Part shown: piece by piece, positions 46,384 through 55,313 of the stretch
How positions within the stretch are numbered: the first letter of the stretch is position 1
Layout of the letters: every line of letters begins with the position of its first letter
DNA from: Dehalococcoidia bacterium UBA2158
GTDB taxonomy: Bacteria; Chloroflexota; Dehalococcoidia; Lucifugimonadales; UBA3495
DNA: 64,000 nt
NCBI GenBank assembly: GCA_002328185.1
Contig: DCWQ01000006.1
Coordinates: 14,047-78,046, forward strand
Reading direction: 5' to 3'
Translations under genes and position numbers: made by a program
The notes under the pieces: generated by a model
Databases searched by the model: none
What the model was told of the DNA's origin: nothing
The model's input: the letters and a program-made list of their open reading frames with translations, nothing else

Positions 46384-47148
46384 CTAAAGGGCGGCTTCAA
46401 TTCTCTTGAGGAAATCTTGCCCGGCCAGCCGCAGCAGGGCCTGGGAGGACACGGTGATGAAGTTCGCGCCCAGGTTTATGAACTCGGCCACTCCCGCGGC
46501 GTCGGCTGGCGAGTTGCCGCCCGCGCCACAACTTTTGCCGGCGGCCCTGATCCTTGGAATCACCTGGCCCATCACTTCCCGCACCTTCTCCCGGCCCGGG
46601 TTCCCCATACTTTGACCCAGGTCACTGGCGGCCACGTGGACCACATCTATCCCGGAGACGCTCAGGATGGCATCCAGATTGTCCACCGCCTCGGTCTCCT
46701 CACACATTGGGACTACTAGGACTTGAGAGTTCACGAACAAGGTTGAGTCGGCGCCGCCCATCCCGTAATCATGGGCCCGCCCGCTACCCGCCATACCGCG
46801 GCGGCCGTCGGGATAGTAATGGGCCGACTGGGCCACAGACTCGGCGTTTTCTTTGGTGTTGATGTGGGGCACGATTATGCCCTGCACCCCTCGGTCTAGG
46901 TACCGCAAGATGGTGGACTCCTCGTGGTTGGGGATCCGGGTGATGGGTGTGATGTCAAAGGACTCAGCGGCCCGGACCATGTGTTCGACTTGGTCCAGGT
47001 TCATGGGGCCGTGCTCGCAGTCGATCATCACAAAGTCGAAGCCGATGGCGCCGAAAATCTCGACGATGTCGGGGGCGAAGCGGCTGACGATGGCGCCGTA
47101 GACGACTTTGCCCTCGGCCAGTTTGGTCTTGGTGGTGTTGGTTCGCAT
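46384..47148 (-). CDS. HpcH/HpaI-family aldolase
   Basis: 254 aa. FVMIDCEHGP, RIPNHE and the C-terminal TIM-barrel pattern are present. Confidence 0.8.
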   Translation of the reverse strand: MRTNTTKTKLAEGKVVYGAIVSRFAPDIVEIFGAIGFDFVMIDCEHGPMNLDQVEHMVRAAESFDITPITRIPNHEESTILRYLDRGVQGIIVPHINTKENAESVAQSAHYYPDGRRGMAGSGRAHDYGMGGADSTLFVNSQVLVVPMCEETEAVDNLDAILSVSGIDVVHVAASDLGQSMGNPGREKVREVMGQVIPRIRAAGKSCGAGGNSPADAAGVAEFINLGANFITVSSQALLRLAGQDFLKRIEAAL

Positions 47149-47309
47149 GGTTAGTTGGTATCCCTCCAGGAGGTCAGATGAGATATTATATAAAAAGCGG
47201 GCTTGGATGTGGCGCTGCTCCGCACGACGGCCAGCCTGAATATGACCTCACTTAGCTGATTTACCGGGGCTGCAGTTTCACTCTATATTTGCTGGGTAGG
47301 CGCAAACAC

Positions 47310-47339
47310 TTGACAAGGCTTCCGCTCGCATGCTAATAT
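47310..47339 (+). promoter_or_regulatory. near-consensus sigma-70 promoter of candidate sRNA unit 1
   Basis: TTGACA (47310-47315), an 18-nt spacer ending in TGC (extended -10), then TAATAT (47334-47339). The upstream block TAGGCGCAAACAC is conserved in unit 2. Confidence 0.6.
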
Positions 47340-47345
47340 AGCGAA

Positions 47346-47435
47346 GCGTTTCTCCAAATTGTTGGAAGCGCTCTTTTTTTGCCCAACGAATTCGGATAAT
47401 CAAAAGCCCCTCAATTCGAGGGGCTTTTTTATTTT
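47346..47435 (+). ncRNA. candidate small RNA, unit 1 (~90 nt; two hairpins, both followed by T-runs)
   Basis: Hairpin 1 has a lower stem AGCG/CGCT and an upper stem TCCAA/TTGGA (47345-47372), then T7. The single-stranded segment contains GGATAATCAA. Hairpin 2 is GCCCCTC-AATTC-GAGGGGC (47406-47424), then TTTTTTATTTT. There is no SD-preceded ORF. The TSS position is estimated from the promoter. Confidence 0.55.
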
Positions 47436-47565
47436 ATGCCGATCGTCTTTGCTCCCATGTCGCCATTATCGGTTGGAAAGCGTGTTTCAACAGCGCGCGA
47501 CGGGTCATCAGCGAATCAACGTCGACAGGAATTTCTGGGTATATTCGGTTCTTAGGCACAAACAC

Positions 47566-47595
47566 TTGACAAAACTACTTTCCGCGTGCTAACAT
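47566..47595 (+). promoter_or_regulatory. near-consensus sigma-70 promoter of candidate sRNA unit 2
   Basis: TTGACA (47566-47571), an 18-nt spacer ending in TGC, then TAACAT (47590-47595). It is preceded by TAGGCACAAACAC. Confidence 0.6.
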
Positions 47596-47601
47596 GGCGG
47601 A

Positions 47602-47690
47602 GCGTTTCCAGAAACTACTGGAGGCGCTCTTTTTCCCCCCAGCAAATATGGATAACCAAGAGTCCCTCACTTGAGGGGCTTTTCTTGTTT
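47602..47690 (+). ncRNA. candidate small RNA, unit 2 (paralogue of unit 1)
   Basis: Hairpin 1 is GAGCGTTTCCAG-AAACTA-CTGGAGGCGCTC (47600-47629; 12 bp including 2 G-U), then T5. The single-stranded segment contains GGATAACCAA. Hairpin 2 is AGTCCCTC-ACTT-GAGGGGCT (47661-47680), then TTTCTTGTTT. Confidence 0.55.
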
Positions 47691-47725
47691 GTGGGGCTAT
47701 TTCCGCGGTCAGGATTCGCTTCACT

Positions 47726-48706
47726 CTAAGGATTGTCGGCGAAAGCGGGCATCACGTCGCTGGCGAATCGCCGCAGAGTGGGGATTCCCGCCGGAGCATT
47801 GAGCAGAACGTATTCCACGCCGATGTCGTGAAGGGCTTGGATCTCTTTGCTGACGTGGTCGGTGGAACCGTAGATGGTCCCGGCTGCTGCCGCCTCGCGG
47901 GTGTCTTGGAAATTGGATTGTTGGGCCAGGTTCTGGGTGCGTAGGCGAGCGGCCATCCGGTTTTTCATTGCCTTGTCGTAGTCGTCCGTCGAGTCGAGGA
48001 TATTCACGGAGCGGGCCACGGCCACGCTCATTGGATCAAAAGTGCTGCCCAGGGCTTCGACTTCTGCCTTGTAGAGGGCGATTTCTTCGGCGATCAATTC
48101 GAAGGAATCGAATTGGCCCAACAACATGTTGAAGCCCAGCTTGGCCACCTGTTTGATCGATCTGGGACTCCCGGCACCCATCCATAGTTGTGGGTGGGGT
48201 TTTTGGGTACTGGGCGGCTCGACCACCACGTCGTTGTATTGCCAGTAGGCGCCCTTGTGAGACCACGGTGTGTCTGAGGTCCAGGCCTTCAGCATCACTT
48301 CCAGGCACTCTTCGAAGCGGGCGTCCGCTTCCTTGGTGGGCATGACAAACCCCTGGAACTCACTGAGGCGGTACCCCTTACCGATGCCGGCGTCGACCCG
48401 GCCTTCCGACAAAAGGTCCAACGTGGCGATCTGTTCTGCCAGCAGTACTGGGTTGTGCCAGGGGAGCACGATCACAGCAGTGCCCAACCGCAACGTGGTG
48501 GTTCGGGCCCCGATCCACGTCAGCAGATTCAGCGTCGCGGACACCTGGCCGAAGCCGGTGAAATGGTGCTCAACCAAGAAAGTGCTGTGATAGCCCAAAA
48601 ACTCCGCTTCAACATTGCGGTCTACGAACTCTCGGAACCCGGCCCCGCTATCAACGTCCGGCCCGCCGCGAGCTGCTTGTGCGCTCCCAAACATTCCAAA
48701 TTGCAT
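47726..48706 (-). CDS. LLM-class (luciferase-like) flavin/F420-dependent oxidoreductase
   Basis: 326 aa. The FLVEHHF, LGTAVIVLPWHNPV and GRVDAGIGKGY patterns are typical. Confidence 0.8.
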   Translation of the reverse strand: MQFGMFGSAQAARGGPDVDSGAGFREFVDRNVEAEFLGYHSTFLVEHHFTGFGQVSATLNLLTWIGARTTTLRLGTAVIVLPWHNPVLLAEQIATLDLLSEGRVDAGIGKGYRLSEFQGFVMPTKEADARFEECLEVMLKAWTSDTPWSHKGAYWQYNDVVVEPPSTQKPHPQLWMGAGSPRSIKQVAKLGFNMLLGQFDSFELIAEEIALYKAEVEALGSTFDPMSVAVARSVNILDSTDDYDKAMKNRMAARLRTQNLAQQSNFQDTREAAAAGTIYGSTDHVSKEIQALHDIGVEYVLLNAPAGIPTLRRFASDVMPAFADNP

Positions 48707-48825
48707 TGTTTTTCCTAGGTAATAGAGTCCAAGTTATTATCATTTAGCTAGGTAACAGTATCAAGCCAACGGACCCGAGTTTCAGGAAGCCAAGGATGAC
48801 AGGACATTTAAATAGTGGTACTAAA

Positions 48826-49262
48826 TTAGCTAATTTCTTTGCTAGTGGAATTGGGCGGCCAGGAATAAGCTTCAGCCTGGCACACTTGATAGTTATCATC
48901 TAAGGACGGCTGCAACAGTAAGATAGAGGCAATTCTTGCCTCTCTTGCTTCTACCGGAGTGAGGGAGCGACCGAGCAGGCTCTGCTCCCTGTATGATAGC
49001 CATTTCTTGGTTACCTGATAGCCTCCGGTGACGAATTTCCAAACATTTGTAGGGACGTTATGCAAATAGCCAGTGGCATTGAGATAAAAATCTCAGGTGC
49101 GCCCACCCAATTGCATAATGGCCCGGCCTCTTGGTTTGAGCGGTTTCCCGATCTCATTAAGCAGGGCTTCGAATGCACCGTAATAGAAGGTTTCCGGTAC
49201 GCCGGCAACAGACGAATGGATATCCCGAAGCCCTCGGAAGTAGTTCTCTAAGACGCTGGGCA
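48826..49262 (-). pseudogene. remnant of a large N6-adenine DNA methyltransferase / type IIG-ISP-PglX-like enzyme (N- and C-termini only)
   Basis: My own translation from 49262: MPSVLENYFRGLRDIHSSVAGVPETFYYGAFEALLNEIGKPLKPRGRAIMQLGGRT then TGA. The 79-aa track ORF follows, with VTGGYQVTKKWLSYREQSLLGRSLT, the C-terminal GGYQV..KWL..R signature of these enzymes. By eye the region is clearly more AT-rich than its flanks. Confidence 0.5.
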
Positions 49263-49273
49263 TACCAATCACA

Positions 49274-51505
49274 CTACCTTTTGAGGTCCCCCATCACCCG
49301 CAGGCCCGCCAGCACTTTGTCCGCAGTCACGGGTAGGTCCGTAACGCGGACGCCAATGGCGTCAAAGACGGCGTTGGCTATGGCTCCGGCTACTGGGATG
49401 TTGCTACTTTCTCCGATGCCTTTGCTTTCGTAAGGGGCGGGGCCGTTGTCGCCTTGGATCAGGACCGTTTCCATGACCGGGACATCGGCGGAGGTGGGAA
49501 TCTTGTAGTCGCCGAAGCTAAGGGTGGAGATGTGGCCGTCTTCCAGTTCCAGCTCTTCCATGAGGGCATAGCCCAGCCCCTGGATGATTCCGCCCTCCAC
49601 CTGGCCCTGGTGGTTCAGCGGGTTTAGGATGGCCCCGATATCGTGGGCGGTGACCAATTTGTTGACCGTGATCTCTCCGGTCTCCGGGTCAACGTGGACC
49701 TCGGCCACCTGGGTGCAGAAAGAAGTCAGCTCCGGGGCGTCTGGGGTCATAGACGCTTCGCCCGTTAGGGATTCACCACCGGTCCGGCTGACCACCTCGG
49801 CGATGCTCATGCTCCGTCCCGCGGCCACTAGGCGTCCGTTCTGCAGGGACACCTGCTCTTCCGGGGCGTCCAATAGGGGAGATGCGGCCTCGACCAGCTT
49901 GCCGCGCAGTTCTTGGGCCGCTCCCACCACTGCCCGTCCGGCGGAGAGCGTGACCCGGCTACCACCAGAGCCGGCCGTGTAGGGCATGTTGGAAGTGTCC
50001 TCCAAGACTATCTGCACGTCTTCGGTGTCCAGCGTCAGCTCCTCGGCCACCATCTGGCGCAGCACTGTGTGGGAGCCGGTGCCGGTGTCCCAGAAGGCCA
50101 TGTGCAGTTGGGGGTTGCCCTTGTCACCGAGCCCGATCTTGGCCGAGAACTGGCCCGTGCCTTGCACCAGGTCAGTCATGGCCATGCCCCTTCCAGTGTT
50201 GGGCGGTGTCGGCTGGTCCATGCCGGCTGACTTGGCCGCAGCTTCCAGTGTCTCCACAGCTTTGATCTGGGCCCAGTGGTGTCCGATGGGCGACGCATCG
50301 CCCTCACGCATGACGTTCTTCAGTCGGAACTCATAGGCATCCATGGCCAATTCCTGGGCGATCATGTCCATGTGGGACTCTACGGCGAAGACCACCTGAG
50401 GTTTGGCCGGACTGCGCATGTGGCCCCGGGGGACGTTATTGGTGTAGACGGTGTAACTTTCAATCTTGGCGTGGGGAACCTTGTAGACGCCGCACAGGTG
50501 GTCAGCACCCCGCAGATAGACCGTGGGCTTGAAGGCGCCGTAGGCCCCGCTGTCGAAGACGGCGCTGGCCTGGCGGGCTTTGATGGTCCCGTCCTTCATG
50601 ACGCCGGTCTTGATGGTCATCACCGCCGGGTGGCGGGGGTTGCCAGCCATCAGCTCTTGGATGTAGTCCATGACCATCTTCACGGGGCGACCGGAGCGCT
50701 TGGAAAGGTAGTAGCACAACGGCACGTCCATGAACGAGCCCTTGCCTCCGAAGTCGCCGCCGATGGTGCTGGGGTGGAGCACGATACTCTCGGCGGGGAC
50801 GCTCCATGCGCTGGAGAGCTGGTCGCGCAGCATGTATGGGTCTTTGTTATTGGCCCAGATCTGCACCTGGCCAGACTCATCGGCACTGACCACACAAGCA
50901 TGTGGTTCGATGTATGCCTGATGCATCAATTGAGCGTTAAAGGTGTGCTCGAATATCAGTTCCGATTCTTTGAAACCCTGGTCAATGTCGCCCTTCTCCC
51001 AGGTCATGTGGGCGAAGGTGTTCCTGATGCCGGAGGGCGGTTGCGGCAGCCCTTTGTAGGACTCCATATCTGGATGCAGGTCCGGGGCGTCCGAGCCCAT
51101 GGCCTCTTCGGCGTCGTAGACCGGGGTCAATTCCTCGTATTCCACTTCGATCAGCAGCAGGGCCTCGTCGGCGGCGTCCTTGTCGATGGCGGCCACGGCG
51201 GCCACTTTCTCGCCCACGAAACGCACCACGTCCTGGGCCAGCACCGGCATGTCCACCATGCGGCGGCCGATCTTGGCGTCGGGCATGTCCTGTCCGGTGA
51301 CCACGGCGTGCACGCCCGGCAACGCCTCGGCCTGGGAGGTGTCGATGCTAACGATGCGGGCGTAGGGGTAAGGACTGCGGAGAACCTTGCCCCAGAGCAT
51401 GCCCGGCAGGGAGATATCCGCGGCATAGACTGCCTTGCCTGAGACCTTATCCGGGCCCTCGCCCCTGGGGATGGACTGTCCGATGGCGGAACGGGTGGTA
51501 GGCAT
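49274..51505 (-). CDS. xanthine dehydrogenase/aldehyde oxidase-family molybdopterin-binding (large) subunit
   Basis: 743 aa. The N-terminal a/b-hammerhead is GEGPDKVSGKAVYAADI, GGDFGGKG is present, and the C-terminus has GIGESSNIPVAGAIANAV. Confidence 0.88.
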   Translation of the reverse strand: MPTTRSAIGQSIPRGEGPDKVSGKAVYAADISLPGMLWGKVLRSPYPYARIVSIDTSQAEALPGVHAVVTGQDMPDAKIGRRMVDMPVLAQDVVRFVGEKVAAVAAIDKDAADEALLLIEVEYEELTPVYDAEEAMGSDAPDLHPDMESYKGLPQPPSGIRNTFAHMTWEKGDIDQGFKESELIFEHTFNAQLMHQAYIEPHACVVSADESGQVQIWANNKDPYMLRDQLSSAWSVPAESIVLHPSTIGGDFGGKGSFMDVPLCYYLSKRSGRPVKMVMDYIQELMAGNPRHPAVMTIKTGVMKDGTIKARQASAVFDSGAYGAFKPTVYLRGADHLCGVYKVPHAKIESYTVYTNNVPRGHMRSPAKPQVVFAVESHMDMIAQELAMDAYEFRLKNVMREGDASPIGHHWAQIKAVETLEAAAKSAGMDQPTPPNTGRGMAMTDLVQGTGQFSAKIGLGDKGNPQLHMAFWDTGTGSHTVLRQMVAEELTLDTEDVQIVLEDTSNMPYTAGSGGSRVTLSAGRAVVGAAQELRGKLVEAASPLLDAPEEQVSLQNGRLVAAGRSMSIAEVVSRTGGESLTGEASMTPDAPELTSFCTQVAEVHVDPETGEITVNKLVTAHDIGAILNPLNHQGQVEGGIIQGLGYALMEELELEDGHISTLSFGDYKIPTSADVPVMETVLIQGDNGPAPYESKGIGESSNIPVAGAIANAVFDAIGVRVTDLPVTADKVLAGLRVMGDLKR

Positions 51506-51549
51506 ATTTAACTCCGGTAATCTGGTGGCGTTTCAAGCGGACAGGCAGG

Positions 51550-51948
51550 CTAGGGCAGAACAACACCGGTGTCCCGGGGCAGATCCCACGCCTCTTCTTG
51601 GAGGCCGCGAAGATAGTCTATCTGGCCATGGTGGTTGTTCTTTTGAGTGATCAGATGGCGGAGGGAGCCGGCCACGGTGAGATCAGGGCGTTCAGGGTCG
51701 GGGGCTGTGACCGGCTGGTCGAACTTCTCGTACCAGCTTTCGTTGGCCCAAATGTCTTCAGCCAGCTTGCCGGTGTTGGTGATGCGGGCGTCTTCGTTTC
51801 TGGCACGGTATCGGAGGATGATCCCGATATGGTTGGCCGTGGGCGCCGGACGCCAGAGCAACTGCTCGCTATTCAGGCCTTCGCAAGTGGCCATCAACCT
51901 AAGGTGTACCTGGGCCAAGGAGTCCGAGATAAAGGCAACCGCATCCAT
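51550..51948 (-). CDS. DinB-family protein
   Basis: LSEQLLWRPAPTANHIGIIL and the later HHGQIDYLRG motif. I preferred the ATG at 51948 (TGAGG upstream) because the longer track ORF (to 52110) runs into a REP-like repeat. Confidence 0.5.
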   Translation of the reverse strand: MDAVAFISDSLAQVHLRLMATCEGLNSEQLLWRPAPTANHIGIILRYRARNEDARITNTGKLAEDIWANESWYEKFDQPVTAPDPERPDLTVAGSLRHLITQKNNHHGQIDYLRGLQEEAWDLPRDTGVVLP

Positions 51949-52087
51949 AAAAACCTCAACGACCTCTGGAAGGGAATTCCAATCTGGCAAGGGGATTATG
52001 CCACACTGCCTAACCGCAGAGCAGCACTCAGATATGCCTGGAACAGGTACCGAAAACGGCTTACCGTAAAGGCTTGACTCATGCACA

Positions 52088-52149
52088 TCTTTCGACGGGT
52101 CCGATTTCATTGAGGCTCTCGACTTTCAATCAAAGCTCAGGACGAGCGG
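52088..52149. repeat. REP-like element copy (variant ...TTCGACGGGTCC...GCTCAGGACGAGCGG)
   Basis: The core GCTCAGGACGAGCGG is at 52135-52149 and CTTTCGACGGGTCC at 52089-52102. Both match the family seen at 4954-5155 and 36594-36651. Confidence 0.5.
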
Positions 52150-52299
52150 CTTTAGGGCTTTAATCCTTTCTTACGTCCCTTATGGTCGTTTCAACTACCC
52201 ATTAGAGTCACACCCCGTACCTAGCCGTCCGTAACCGAATATGTAAGCCCCTGCAATATTCAGAGTCGAATGCTATCATGTTGGGCAGGGTAATTTGAT

Positions 52300-54147
52300 T
52301 TGAGTAATTTTCATAACGATGACATTCGCAATCTGGCCATAATCGCACACGTCGACCACGGCAAAACCACTCTGGTCGACGCTTTGTTGAAACAGGGCCA
52401 AGTCTTCCGCGCTCACCAAGATGTTGGTGAGCTGATCATGGACACCAACCCCCTGGAACGGGAGCGCGGCATCACCATCCTGGCCAAGAACGCTTCGGTC
52501 TCGTACAAGGGCGTGCGGATCAACATCATCGACACGCCGGGCCACGCCGATTTTAGCGGCGAGGTGGAGCGGATCATGAACATGGCCGACGGCTGTCTGC
52601 TGCTGGTGGACGCCGTGGACGGCCCCATGCCCCAGACGACTTACGTGCTGCGCCAGGCCCTTCAGCAGGGCGTCATACCCATGGTGGTCATCAACAAGAT
52701 CGACCGTCCGGAGGCCCGGGTGGCTGAGGTGTTGGAGATGGTCCAAGACTTGTTCTTGGAACTGGCTAGCAACGCCGAGCAACTCGAGTTCCCGGTACTG
52801 TATGCCTCAGCTAAGGGTGGTTACGCGACTACCGACCCGGCCGAACAGGGGACTGACATGACTCCTCTATTCGAGGCGATATTGGAATCGGTGCCGGCGC
52901 CCACGGGAGACCCCGACGCGCCACTGCAGATGCTGGTGGCCGCGCTGGACTACGACAACTATCTGGGACAGGTGGCCCTAGGCCGCATCACCAGAGGCAC
53001 CCTTAAACTGCGCGGTAATGTGGCCCTGCTGACCCGTGAAGACGAGCCCTCCACCCATAACCTGGAGCGGATATTCGTGTTCCGAGGCATGGAGCGAGTG
53101 GAAGTGCCCGAGGCCAAAGCCGGAGACATCGTGGCCATCACCGGCCCCGAAGGCGTTTCCATAGGCGATACCATCGCCTCACTGGAGAATCCCGAGGCCC
53201 TGCCAGTCATCGACATCGAAGAGCCGACTGTTCGGATGACCTTTGGCGTCAGTACATCACCGTTCATAGGCAAAGAGGGAGATCACTGCACATCACGCAA
53301 CCTGCGTGACCGGCTGTTCAGAGAGCTGCGTACCAATGTCAGCCTGCAGGTTGAGGCCACTTCAAACTCGGATATTTTTGTTGTGGCTGGGCGGGGAGAA
53401 CTGCATCTGTCGATCTTGGTCGAGACCATGCGCCGGGAGCAGTTCGAGTTTCAGGTGTCCAGGCCCGAGCCCGTCACCAAGGTGGTCGACGGGAGGATCT
53501 ACGAGCCCTACGAGATTCTGAACATCAGCACCAGCGATGAGTACATGGGCGCTTTGTCCGAGTACCTGTCCGGCCGGTTGGCCCAACTGCGCGACATGCG
53601 CTACGACGACAACGGCTACGTGCATCTGGAGTACAAGATTCCCACCCGCGGACTGATCGGGTTCAATTCATTCTTCCTTCGCACCTGCCGGGGCGACGGG
53701 GTTAAGAGCAGTATCTTCACCTCCTACGAGCCCATGGAGGGGGAGATCAAGGCCCAACCGGGCGGCGTGCTGGTGGCTTCGGAGCGCGGCGTCGCAGTGA
53801 CCTATGGCCTGCTGAACGCACAAGGCCGTGGTGAGACATTCGTCGACCCAGGTACCCAGGTCTACGAGGGCATGATCGTTGGCTCCCATCGCCGGGAAGG
53901 CGACATCGAGATCAACGTCTGCAAAGAGAAGAAATTGACCAACATGCGTTCGTCCACCGCTGACGTGGCCAAGCGCTTGAACGCCACGGTGATCATGAGC
54001 CTAGAAGAGGCCCTGGAGTTCATCTCCGACGATGAACTGCTGGAGGTCACACCCCAGAACTTCCGCCTGCGGAAGATGGACCTCTCAGCCCTGGACCGCA
54101 AACGCACCCGCCGCGACGGCCGCGAGGGAGTCCGCAATAGGGACTAG
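52300..54147 (+). CDS. typA: translational GTPase TypA/BipA
   Basis: 615 aa. [19 protein letters not shown] (G1), DTPGHADF (G3) and NKID (G4) are present, with an EF-G-like domain order. Confidence 0.95.
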   Translation: MSNFHNDDIRNLAIIAHVDHGKTTLVDALLKQGQVFRAHQDVGELIMDTNPLERERGITILAKNASVSYKGVRINIIDTPGHADFSGEVERIMNMADGCLLLVDAVDGPMPQTTYVLRQALQQGVIPMVVINKIDRPEARVAEVLEMVQDLFLELASNAEQLEFPVLYASAKGGYATTDPAEQGTDMTPLFEAILESVPAPTGDPDAPLQMLVAALDYDNYLGQVALGRITRGTLKLRGNVALLTREDEPSTHNLERIFVFRGMERVEVPEAKAGDIVAITGPEGVSIGDTIASLENPEALPVIDIEEPTVRMTFGVSTSPFIGKEGDHCTSRNLRDRLFRELRTNVSLQVEATSNSDIFVVAGRGELHLSILVETMRREQFEFQVSRPEPVTKVVDGRIYEPYEILNISTSDEYMGALSEYLSGRLAQLRDMRYDDNGYVHLEYKIPTRGLIGFNSFFLRTCRGDGVKSSIFTSYEPMEGEIKAQPGGVLVASERGVAVTYGLLNAQGRGETFVDPGTQVYEGMIVGSHRREGDIEINVCKEKKLTNMRSSTADVAKRLNATVIMSLEEALEFISDDELLEVTPQNFRLRKMDLSALDRKRTRRDGREGVRNRD

Positions 54148-54269
54148 GCGCGCCGGACCTCTGGCTCCACACGTAGTAGCTCTCCATTTTTGATACACTG
54201 GCGGCTGGGAAGCTGGGTGGGATATGATATCCACTCAAATAGCCAGCAAATATCGCCGCGGAGAGAAAT

Positions 54270-54881
54270 ATGATCTACGAAGTACGCACCTACGATTTGA
54301 AGCCCAGAGCCATTCCCCAGGCTGAAGAGGCCTTTGCTGAGGCTCTGCCTCACCGCGAGAAATATGGGCCTATCGCCGCATTCTGGCACACCGAGATAGG
54401 CTCCTTGAACCAAATCATCCACGTCTGGGCCTACGAAAATTTGGCAGAGCGCGATAGCGTCCGCGCGGCAGCTGGTAAGGACCCCAACTGGCCGCCCAAA
54501 ATCACCCCGGGCAACGTCCTAAACATGAACTCTGAGATCTGGAACCCGGCCCCGTTCATGAAACCCATGGGCGGCGACCAAGCCTTGGGCGGCATCTACG
54601 AGATGCGGACCTACACCTACGAGCCCGGCTCCATCCCAGAGTTGCTTAAGCGCTGGGGAGCGTCCCTGCCGGAGCGGGAGAAGCATTCGCCCCTGGCGGC
54701 CGGCATGTGGACCGAGTTCGGCGGTCTGAACCGGTGGATGCACGTCTGGCCCTACAAAGATCTAAGCCACCGGGAAGAGATACGAGGGACGAAGATAGAA
54801 GGCTGGCCCTCGGGAGCGCCTGGCCTGATTCGCCAAGAGAACAAGATTATGGTGCCGGCCAGCTTCTCGCCGATGCATTAA
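54270..54881 (+). CDS. NIPSNAP-family protein (two NIPSNAP repeats)
   Basis: 203 aa. The duplicated pattern is IYEVRTYDLKP...IHVWAYENLAERD and IYEMRTYTYEPGS...MHVWPYKDLSHRE. Confidence 0.75.
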   Translation: MIYEVRTYDLKPRAIPQAEEAFAEALPHREKYGPIAAFWHTEIGSLNQIIHVWAYENLAERDSVRAAAGKDPNWPPKITPGNVLNMNSEIWNPAPFMKPMGGDQALGGIYEMRTYTYEPGSIPELLKRWGASLPEREKHSPLAAGMWTEFGGLNRWMHVWPYKDLSHREEIRGTKIEGWPSGAPGLIRQENKIMVPASFSPMH

Positions 54882-54932
54882 CCGGCCCAGAATTCCTTTC
54901 GGCAACGATCGATATTTTGGTGAGGCGGACCG

Positions 54933-55226
54933 ATGGTCATAAGACGGCACATATATCAGGTTGCCCAGCGGGTGCTGATCAAGGCCCGCGACGGCGGCCT
55001 TTACAAACCTCCTACTGAGGGAGCAAAAGGGGCTTTAGGCGTGATTGCGCCCCAATTGTTTCAAGAATGGCCGGGCACGTTCCTCGAGCGGGAGCCCGAT
55101 GTTCCGCCTGAGTATTACGTCACCGTTGATAATGGGATCACCGAGACCATCTCCGAAGACTGGCTGGAACCGGCCCCGCCTGGCTCTCCACCACCACCGG
55201 AGGAAGAGTACCCTTGGCCCACATAG
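54933..55226 (+). CDS. hypothetical protein with Pro-rich C-terminus
   Basis: A 97-aa ORF followed 30 nt later by a strong terminator. I recognised no family. Confidence 0.4.
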   Translation: MVIRRHIYQVAQRVLIKARDGGLYKPPTEGAKGALGVIAPQLFQEWPGTFLEREPDVPPEYYVTVDNGITETISEDWLEPAPPGSPPPPEEEYPWPT

Positions 55227-55256
55227 GTTGCGGTGGAGACTCATCAGGGAATGCAA

Positions 55257-55290
55257 TAAGGCCTCGGCGTTAGCCGGGGCCTTATCTTTT
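55257..55290 (+). terminator. intrinsic terminator
   Basis: TAAGGCCTCGGC-GTTA-GCCGGGGCCTTA (12 bp, one G-U) followed by TCTTTT. Confidence 0.7.
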
Positions 55291-55313
55291 GCCGGTGGCG
55301 ACCTATCCCTGGC

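Noticed and set aside
47359-47592. 77-aa plus-strand ORF in the 47.2-47.7 kb gap
   Set aside because: It runs across two terminator hairpins and the second promoter, has no SD and is Leu/Ser/Arg-rich. The structured-RNA interpretation fits better.
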